The notes under the pieces: model-generated
Databases searched by the model: none
What the model was told of the DNA's origin: nothing
The model's input: only the letters and a program-made list of their open reading frames with translations
Shown here: one piece after another, positions 50,101-59,174 of the stretch
Layout: every line of letters begins with the position of its first letter
How positions within the stretch are numbered: position 1 is the stretch's first letter
NCBI GenBank assembly: GCA_013265495.1
Contig: MU058463.1
Coordinates: forward strand, 2,875,523 to 2,939,522
Length of the DNA stretch: 64,000 nucleotides
Reading direction: 5' to 3'
DNA from: Vicugna vicugna
Lineage: Eukaryota
Program-made: the position numbers and the translations under genes

Positions 50101-52353
50101 GTCCCTCCTCTTTCCCACCCAAATGAGAGTGAGCAGTAGGGTGCCGGACTGCCCAAGTGCTGCCCCTCTTCCGAGAACCGCCCCTCCTCCACCGCCACAA
50201 TTCTAGGCCTTCTACTCCCCTTCCTGCCAATTCCCACTGCTTAAAACAACCCAAGAAGCCTCTGAAGCCGGCTGCCTCTGGGCTCTGGTGGCTTTCCCTG
50301 AGCCCAAGGCGCTGACTGCATGTTATGTGGGCCGAGTTTCTAGGTAGGTGCCTGCGGGGAACTTGAAGCCCCGAATCTGGGAGGAGCAGAGTTCCCTCTT
50401 GGGGCTCCAGAGCCCAAGGTGGCCGGTCTTGCAGGTTGGGCCAAATCCCTGGGTTTGGACAAGAATGTGGGGCCGGATTCCGGCCCCCACCCCTTGTACA
50501 CACACAACCTCCACGCACTTCACTGGACATCCTCAGGACCAAACCGTCCCAGATGCAGATAAATGGGTTCAACCCCAGAGGTGTGTGAGGGGAGGAGGAG
50601 GCGGCAGGTAGGGTCTGTCAAGTCCAGCGCCAGCTTTCCCCGCGCCCCTTTGGAAGAGAAAGGCAGCCCAGCGGGTGGCAGCTGTCAGGCGCGCTCCGGA
50701 GCTGTGGAGGGGGGGGGGTGGTCAAAGGCCAGGAGCGTTCACCCCTAACCGTGCTGGTCCTTGAGCAGCGCCTCTCCCTCCAGTCTTCACTCCAACCTAC
50801 CCACGTCTGCTCCCTGAGCTCGGGAAAGAGGCGCTGCCAAAGGAAAGGAGAAGTGCGGCCTGCCAAAGGAGGAGGAGAAAATTAATTAATGAGGGAAAGA
50901 AATGTGTCTCTGATCCAGATGATAGACTCCCTGTCCCTGGGGGCGGAAATTCCTTGGAAATCAATAGCTGTGCATTCATTATCCCCCTCTTGATAAAATG
51001 CAAAGCTATGAGATCGGGGGAAGAGGGAATCTGTGTTGGTCATGAAACAGGAAGGAAAAAAAAAAAAAAGCTGCCCAGGAACCTATTCCTAGGCTCAGAT
51101 CCCATGTGGCCATCACTAGCTCAGGCCAGGGCCAGCTAGTTACTGCAACAAAGCCGTGACATATTGGTGGACGGAGCCCCAGTTCACCACTCTTTCCTTT
51201 CACTGCCCTGGTGTGAGTAGGGGAAGACTTGAAATGGTCCAAAGCCCTACCTGCAGATTCACCACTGCGTCCCACTCTCTTGCCTGGGGCTGGGGCCGAG
51301 GCCCAGCAGAAATGTGGCAGAATAATTCTGCAAGCATCATTCCCCACCCTACCCCATATTCCTGTACATCTCCCTCTCATGGCACCTATCACACCTGTAC
51401 AACAAAACACCCCTTCACCTGGAGCTACCCCACTCTTATAGACTGCCACCACCTGGAGAGCAGATAGCCATATTTTATACTTCATTTTATTTCTCGTGTC
51501 TTGTCCTGGCCCAGATTGGTGCTCAGCAAGCATTTGAGAAAGAACAGTAGGGTAGAAAGTAAATGAGGAAGGAATGAAATAAATAACTTTAGGAAAAGAA
51601 CAGGCTGGAATCAAGATATGCAGCTCTGTGAGGGGACAACACGCCCCTCTTCCTATCTGCACTTCCTTTTTAGGGAGAGAGGAGTGACCTTTAGTGATCT
51701 TCCAGATTGCTCCCCCCACTCCCACCCCTCATTGGCCCAGGCTTGCTGAAATCTCTGGCTCCTGGCCCTCTCCAGTTGTCTTCTCTCCCTTTCTGCACAC
51801 TATTGTTCAATGGGGCATTTTCACTCTGTGACCAGCACCTTTCCTAAGCACCATGGTGGACTCAGGTGTGCCCTAATAGGGCTTTCAATCTATTAATTGG
51901 GGAGGGGGTGAGTTGGGACTTGTACCCAGGGCCCTATTTCTAACCCCCAGGAAAAACGAAGTATTCTGAGCAAAGGTCTGGCCCCATCCCCAAGGTGGGC
52001 AGGGACTCCGGTTGTTCAAAAAGAAGCGAACTAGGAGGGGAGTCTCGACAAGATGGTGAACTCTTGACCTCAGGCTGGAGACCTCCCAGCTCGATGTCGG
52101 AGGGTAAACCGAGATGAACTTTGGGTTCTCAGGGGCTCGCCTCGCTCTTTCGGGATCCACGTGGCCCCAAACCTGTGCTATTTGCATTTCTGTTTGCCCT
52201 GGATCCTTCAGGACAAGGAAAAGCCAGCGTTTCCTTGGGTGAGGGTAGGGGAGGCGGAGAGGCAGAATCCAGGCGCCAGTCCTCTGCCGGGACCTCCCCC
52301 TGCCCCCCCCCCCCCCCCCCCCCCCCAGGGGGGGCCACGCGAACCCCCCGGCC

Positions 52354-52625
52354 NNNNNNNNNNNNNNNNNNNNNNNNNNNNNNNNNNNNNNNNNNNNNNN
52401 NNNNNNNNNNNNNNNNNNNNNNNNNNNNNNNNNNNNNNNNNNNNNNNNNNNNNNNNNNNNNNNNNNNNNNNNNNNNNNNNNNNNNNNNNNNNNNNNNNNN
52501 NNNNNNNNNNNNNNNNNNNNNNNNNNNNNNNNNNNNNNNNNNNNNNNNNNNNNNNNNNNNNNNNNNNNNNNNNNNNNNNNNNNNNNNNNNNNNNNNNNNN
52601 NNNNNNNNNNNNNNNNNNNNNNNNN
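52354..52625. other. Assembly gap (272 N) flanked by poly-C
   Basis: N run with C24 on the left and C-runs on the right. Confidence 0.97.
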
Positions 52626-53464
52626 CCCCCCCCCCGCCACGCCAGCAGGAGAGCTCAGCGAACCGCCGCGATGGGTGTCAGGAAGGATTAAGTTAAGCCT
52701 GGACACCCGGTGCGCCGACTACCGTAGGACTCACTCGCTCCCTCCAGCGATGTCCTGCTCATCGTCCATTCCCCGTAGAGATAAAGTTGCATTTAGCACT
52801 CCCAGGGGACCGCGTAATGGATGGAAACGAGGCTTCTTCCCACACTAGCAAGTGAACATCCTTCTTACTCCCCTCCCTGGCTGCAGCCGGCGGGTGGAAA
52901 GGGGCAGGGGGAAGGTAGAGAGAAAAGAAAAGAAAGAAAAAACCGTGGTGACGCCTGTGGAGCTTTTCTTGGAATTTGAGTCATGGGTGGGTATGCTAAA
53001 TACGCACACGTCTATCCAAAGAAAAGATCCCCGTGAACGCAAATTTAGGTTTATAGAAATGCGATCTAATCTTTGGTGGAAATATACACCTCCTTGGTGT
53101 GGGGGAGACCGGAAAGGTTATTTATCTGATCTCTGCCTCCCATAAGCAGCCCCTTGCCGCTCTCGCCAGCTCTCTCGCCGCAGATGTGATAACATCTGGA
53201 CTGTTATTATCACCCCGGGCAAGCGCTGCGTCCCTGGGGACTCGGGCACCTGACCTGTGGTTCCCCCGGGAGGCCCTTGATCTGCCTGCCACATAAGGGC
53301 CATATAACAGGTTGGCTAATTGATTTATTCTTCTTAGGTTTTGATTTCACAATAATAAAATAAAGGCTGATCCAGAGCTTGGGCCCCGTTCTTCTAAATT
53401 GGTTTGAATTAATATTTTAATCATACTTTCCTATAAACTGGCTTGACTCTGATTCCTTTTGAAG

Positions 53465-53466
<2 letters not shown>

Positions 53467-53507
<41 letters not shown>

Positions 53508-53648
53508 GAGAGAGAGAGAGCAGTGGGCGGGGGGTTGGTGATGCAAACAAACCAAAACGATGGAAGGCAAAATAAAGTTCTCTTCAACATCTTATTCCAT
53601 TTTCCCGTTTTTCTGAAACTATTTTCTTTTCCTGGAGTTTTCAGCATA

Positions 53649-53689
<41 letters not shown>

Positions 53690-53699
53690 GCGCGCGCGC
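53467..53699. repeat. Two (GT)n microsatellites: (GT)19 at 53467-53504 and (GT)18 at 53651-53686
   Basis: Read directly; followed by (AG)n and (CG)n tracts respectively. Confidence 0.95.
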
Positions 53700-53927
53700 T
53701 GAAGAGAGGTAAGGATCCCAACTACACCCTGTTAACTATTTTTCCTTTTGATTATAAGAAGCCTCAGATCACCCGGAGCTCGTTTGAAATGTGGGTTTGT
53801 ACACGGTTAAAGGAGACAAACAATAAGAGAAATGCACAATTTCAACAGCCGTTCCCTAGTAGAAAGCACACGCTCCTTGTGGTTCCTAAGTGGCTGTCAC
53901 TGTCGGTGCCTGACACAGTTATATGCA

Positions 53928-53951
53928 CAACAACAACAACAACAACAACAA
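53928..53951. repeat. (CAA)8 microsatellite
   Basis: Read directly from the sequence. Confidence 0.95.
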
Positions 53952-54379
53952 AGTATGTGGAGGAAATTAAATTATATGGAAATCAATAGCATCTGACTGC
54001 TTCAAACAAATGTCTGTCACTGCGATTATTCTCCAGGAACCTATTTATAAACCATGAAAGAAACAGGTTCTTGCAGCAAAAGACAGCACCTTCTGCATTT
54101 CTGTGTTATTTATACTGTATACAGAGGAATGCGCGGGCATAATTTAACATACAAATGCCCAACTGTATACATTATATAACAGCTTGTTAGACGTCCCGGA
54201 GAGGAGGTGTGCCTAAGTAATGCGCATATATTCAGGGCTTGCTCTCGGGGTAGGGGTGGTGGAGGGAGGGAAACCACCCAGGGGCTAGCGAACACCTCTT
54301 GTCTTTCTCCCCCTAAAAGGTGCCTACCCTCAGACAATAGCTGTCTCTTTTGATCTATCCAGACCCGCGGTGGGAAAGG

Positions 54380-54510
54380 TGAGGCGTGCAGTGCGCATGT
54401 CCGGGTAGCTACAGGTGCATCACCTGCGCTGTCCTTGCTGGTGGTCACTATAAGAGCGGCTCCCACGCGCGGGTCGCAGCCGGGCGAGCGCGCGCGCGCG
54501 CAGTCGCACG
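54380..54510 (+). promoter_or_regulatory. POU4F1: POU4F1 core promoter with TATA-like box TATAAGAG (54449-54456)
   Basis: Lies at the 5' edge of the CpG island, about 450 nt upstream of the ATG. NRF1-like TGCGCATG, paired E-boxes and (GC)7 nearby. TSS inferred, not observed. Confidence 0.65.
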
Positions 54511-54898
54511 GCGCCGCCGAGAGGGAGAGCGCGCGTCAGACAGACGGAGACAGCTGATGCCTGTCAGCGCGGCAGGCCTGTGAGCTCTCGCGAGAGCTCC
54601 CCGGACCGGCCGCGAGAAGTGGGGCTCAGGTGTAAGAGGAGTGCATCCCGTCGGCGCACGGGGCTAGAGCTCTCGGAGAAGTGGGATCGCGAGGCCGGTG
54701 CGCTGCGGTCTGCGTGGTCAAAGGGAGCGCCGGGCGGAGCGGCGGCAGCAGAAGCAGCAGCGGCCCCCGGCGCGACCGCCGCCTCCGCGCCGCCAGTCGC
54801 GGCTGCTGCAGCCTCCGAACGGAGGCCGGGGAAGCCGGTGTGCGCACTTTCCCGCGGACTTTCGGAGTGTTTGTGGATTTACATGCCAAGCCATCAAG

Positions 54899-55021
54899 AT
54901 GATGTCCATGAACAGCAAGCAGCCTCACTTTGCTATGCATCCCACCCTCCCTGAGCACAAGTACCCGTCTCTGCACTCCAGCTCCGAGGCCATCCGGCGG
55001 GCCTGCCTGCCCACGCCGCCG
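54899..55021 (+). CDS. POU4F1: POU4F1 (Brn-3a) coding exon 1, MMSMNSKQPHFAMHPTLPEHKYPSLHSSSEAIRRACLPTPP
   Basis: Recognised POU-IV N-terminus; 123 nt; donor CCG|GTAAGC. Confidence 0.97.
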
Positions 55022-55662
55022 GTAAGCGCCCCACGCCCGCGGACCCGGCCCGCGCGCCTGCCCCGTCCCCGTCTCCGAGACGCTGCATGTCGGGTGCTGA
55101 TGTGTGCACAGGTCCCGGTGCGGGGATTTGCGGGCAGGGATTTTTAGAGGAATCCCGCTGCGAGGCACGCTTTGTACCACTGGAGTTTAATGTGTTCCCG
55201 TCGCCTCGGTTTCGGGCGCCGGCGATTGGAGTGGGGAGCGCTGGGGCCATGACTCTCGACTACCCCCCCCCCACTTTCTCTTAATTTCATGCCTCGGAAA
55301 GGCGGTCTCTGTGCGTGTTCGGGTGCGTGACACGGATCCCCAGCTGCGAGTTACATTTCCATTTCTTCTTCTTTCCCCCTCCTTTTTCGTCTTCCACGCC
55401 GCCGTCCCCGGAATGCGTCCCTGCGTCCCCCCTCTCCCCACACTCCCGACCCTTCTCATTTGACCCTCTGTCTCATTCCCAATGTGTCCCTATTCCGTCT
55501 TTCCCGGTCTCCACTATCCCCACCCCCGTTGTTGTTATTTTGGTTGCTTTGTGTTTGCCTTTTGCTTGTTGTGCTTTCCGGCTTCTGTGTGGTTTTGTTT
55601 TGTTTTGTGGTTTTGCTTTTTTGGTTTTGTGGTTTTTTTGGTTTGGTTTGTGTCGCCTGCAG

Positions 55663-56663
55663 CTGCAGAGCAACCTCTTCGCCAGCCTAGACGAAACGCT
55701 GCTGGCGCGGGCCGAGGCGCTGGCGGCCGTGGACATCGCAGTGTCCCAGGGCAAGAGCCACCCGTTCAAGCCGGACGCCACGTACCACACGATGAACAGC
55801 GTGCCATGCACGTCCACGTCCACCGTGCCGCTGGCACACCACCACCACCACCACCACCACCACCAGGCGCTCGAGCCCGGTGACCTGCTGGACCACATCT
55901 CGTCGCCCTCGCTCGCGCTCATGGCCGGCGCCGGCGGCGCGGGCGCAGCGGCAGCGGNNNNNNNNNNNNNNNNNNNNNNNNNNNNNNNNNNNNNNNNNNN
56001 NNNNNNNNNNNNNNNNNNNNNNNNNNNNNNNNNNNNNNNNNNNNNNNNNNNNNNNNNNNNNNNNNNNNNNNNNNNNNNNNCGGAGCGGCGGCGGCGGCGG
56101 CGGCGGCGGCTGCCGGGCAGGTGGCGGCGGCGTCGGCGGCGGCGGCCGTGGTGGGCGCGGCGGGCCTGGCGTCCATCTGCGACTCGGACACGGACCCGCG
56201 CGAGCTCGAGGCGTTCGCGGAGCGCTTCAAGCAGCGGCGCATCAAGCTGGGCGTGACGCAGGCCGACGTGGGCTCTGCGCTGGCCAACCTCAAGATCCCG
56301 GGCGTGGGCTCGCTCAGCCAGAGCACCATCTGCAGGTTCGAATCGCTCACGCTGTCGCACAACAACATGATCGCGCTCAAGCCCATCCTGCAGGCGTGGC
56401 TGGAGGAGGCCGAGGGCGCGCAGCGCGAGAAAATGAACAAGCCCGAGCTCTTCAACGGCGGCGAGAAGAAGCGCAAGCGGACTTCCATCGCCGCGCCCGA
56501 GAAGCGCTCCCTGGAGGCCTACTTCGCGGTACAGCCCCGGCCCTCGTCCGAGAAAATCGCCGCCATCGCCGAGAAACTGGACCTCAAAAAGAACGTGGTG
56601 CGGGTGTGGTTTTGCAACCAGAGACAGAAGCAGAAGCGGATGAAATTCTCCGCTACTTACTGA
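55663..56663 (+). CDS. POU4F1: POU4F1 coding exon 2: POU-IV box, His9, Gly/Ala-rich region (gapped), POU-specific domain and POU homeodomain
   Basis: CTGCAG|CTGCAGAGC acceptor. [25 protein letters not shown]...; [27 protein letters not shown]...[13 protein letters not shown]...[22 protein letters not shown]-gap at 55958-56080 breaks the apparent frame. Confidence 0.97.
55837..55863 (+). repeat. POU4F1: Coding (CAC)9 poly-His repeat
   Basis: Pure CAC x9 encoding HHHHHHHHH. Confidence 0.95.
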
Positions 56664-59168
56664 GGGGGATGGGAGGTGCCGGGCCGGGCAGAGCGAGGAG
56701 CTGAAGGGGCGTTTCTGGGGGTCTTTCCTCGGGCCTGCTTCCCCCCGGATTTGGAGTGTCCGTTATCCTGCTTGCATTTGGGGAGGCCCTCCTGGAGCGC
56801 TCTCCTCCGCCTCCTCTCTGCTGTCCCTGCCCTTACCCTCTCCCACCCTAGAGGACAGGGGTGCTGGGTATGGACACAGGAGAGAAGGGCGGGGGGAGAA
56901 GGGGGAGCATTTGGGTGAGTGGGGAGTTTGGGGAAGGAAAGCGGAGACTGGAGGAGGGGTTTTGAGGAGCAGGATGGATCTGGGGGTTGGGGTGGGGGGA
57001 ACACTTGGGAAGGGTAGGGAAATGGACTGTTTTTGACCAGAGACACTTATTAAAATCTCCTGGGGACCAAGGAACTATGTACAAAAAACAAACCTACCAA
57101 CCACCAAAAACTAGACAAATAAAGACAAATTAAAACAAAACAGAACAAAAGCAAAGAAAAATGCTTTTGAAATTTAACTCCAGAGAGCCGTATTCTGCAG
57201 CCTCGTTTCCCCCTAAGGAAGAGAAAAAAAGAGCACCACCATTATTACCACAGCCCCAGTCCTACACACGAACTGAGTCAAAAACCGAAAACCAAACGAA
57301 CCGGAAGGTGAAATTCTGGGTTTCGAAGCTAGTTGTTTTGTCCGTGTGTTTAATTTTCCTTCTAAGACTCACTTACACCCCATCCAAGTCCTCTTTGATT
57401 TATTTTCTCTTTTGCAATGAGACTCCGATGGCTGCTCTCCTTTGCCAGCCATTGAGTGAGAACACATCTGAAGGAAGTGGGGGTGGCTGCTTGTTTAGTT
57501 AAAGTTCAAGTTTCCCAGTGACCCAGCCTCTAATCCTGTGGCCTGGTCCCGGTCGGGTGGAGGTCTGTAGGGAGAACGAGGCAGTCTTTGAGCTGACTAA
57601 AAGGCAGAATTTAGAGGCTCCGAGATATTTATTTTATTCTAGAAAAATAAAACAATTTTAACCAGGTTTTGCTCTTTCCATTTTTGCTCTTATATCTAAG
57701 ACCTAGAAAATGGATCGTTTCAAAATAAGCTTTTTTCCCCACTCAGAACTTGCTTGCCCTTTCATTTATTTATTTATTTATTTATTTGAGTGTGGTTTAT
57801 TTTAAACTATATACTGATTATTTTTTCCTATTGATTCAAATAGCCTAACGGGGTAGTAGACGGTAGGAGAGATACTCTGTCGCATTTTCTCCACAGAACA
57901 GGACTCATCTTGCTCTTCTAGGTCCCCTTTCCTTCTCTCTTGGAGAACATGAAATCATTGAAATGTTGAGAAGTTTCTGCTTTCACTTGGAGCAGGACTT
58001 GTCTGTGAGAGAATCAACCAAATCCCATATGAGAGGAAGACAGGTTTAACCCTCCATTTGTTTCAAAAGGGCCTGCATGTTGGGGGGCAAAGCAGAACAA
58101 TTGTTTCATTATTGTTATTATTATTACTATTATTATTATTATTCAAAAGTAATTTATTGCTGGGGATAAATGTTGGGTAGCAAGAACTTTAATTTGCACT
58201 ATCAATCTCCCAAATATAGAAAATCATGTATAGTATTTCATAGTAATAATTAAGGTACTTTATGAACTGCTGATGGATTTTTTTAAATGACAAAAAAAAT
58301 TGAAGGTGGTTAGGTAAAATGCCTGCTTGGTGCACAAGTCACTCTTTTGATCTCGGGTGGAGATGGTGTGTTACTATCCTTTAATAAGAACTAAAAAATT
58401 GAAAACAGAACACATGAAAAAAGAAAAAAAACCTGCCATTTAACAAGACTGAAATCATGCATGATCTGAAAGGTACAGAAAGAAACACAAGTAGGTCTCA
58501 CTCTGGTTAGGCATTATTTATTTAATTACGTTGTATATCATTGTTTGCAGCGCAAACATTCTATGCATTTGAAACTGAGCACTAAACTGGGCTAGCTTTC
58601 TGATAGACCGTTTTGTGGATAGTGTGATTTCACAGTCTACTGCCTGTTTTCACCGAAAACACACCATTCTTGTCATATTCTTGTATTTAGAGGAAAAGGG
58701 AAGAAAAGGAAGATTACTGTAAATATTTTCTTTAATGCACACATTCACACAGTGGTTACAAATTGCCCGTGTTAATCCTGAAATGTCTCACGGATTGATC
58801 TACCTACCCATGTATGTCTGCTGAGCTTTTTCCTTGGTTATGTCTTTGCTCTATTATCTTTCCTCCTCCCCACTCCTATCAGAATCACTTCTGTGCACCA
58901 GAATACCACAGGGGGATGTGTCCCAGTACACTTACAAATAAACCATAACTGAAAGAAGAGCAGTTTTATGATTTGGGTGCATTTTTGTGTTTATACTGGG
59001 CCAAGTCCTGGTAGAGCCGGTCAACAAATGAGACTCAATTCAACCAAAAATACGGGGATGGGGAGGATGTTGAAAGGGGGGTGAAAAGAGGGGAAAGGAT
59101 AAGAATGATGTATTTTTCTGCTGAAACCGAATTCACTTTCAGATAACTCGTGTGAAAGCGGTGCTCTG

Positions 59169-59174
59169 AATAAA
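59169..59174 (+). terminator. POU4F1: Candidate POU4F1 polyadenylation signal (AATAAA); alternatives near 58937 and 59805
   Basis: AATAAA followed by GU/U-rich DNA (GTTGCCTGTGTTT, then a long T run), about 2.5 kb after the stop. Confidence 0.55.

Noticed and set aside
47823..52706. Many 100-274 aa ORFs on both strands upstream of POU4F1
   Set aside because: Pro/Arg/Gly-rich shadows of GC-rich DNA, or ORFs running through N-gaps; no recognisable domains.
54698..54898. In-frame GTG-initiated 67-aa extension of POU4F1
   Set aside because: GC-rich 5'UTR with few stops by chance; weak start context; no supporting signal.
55473..56704. Long antisense and alternative-frame ORFs over POU4F1 exon 2
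   Set aside because: Expected from high-GC3 codon usage and inflated by the N-gap.
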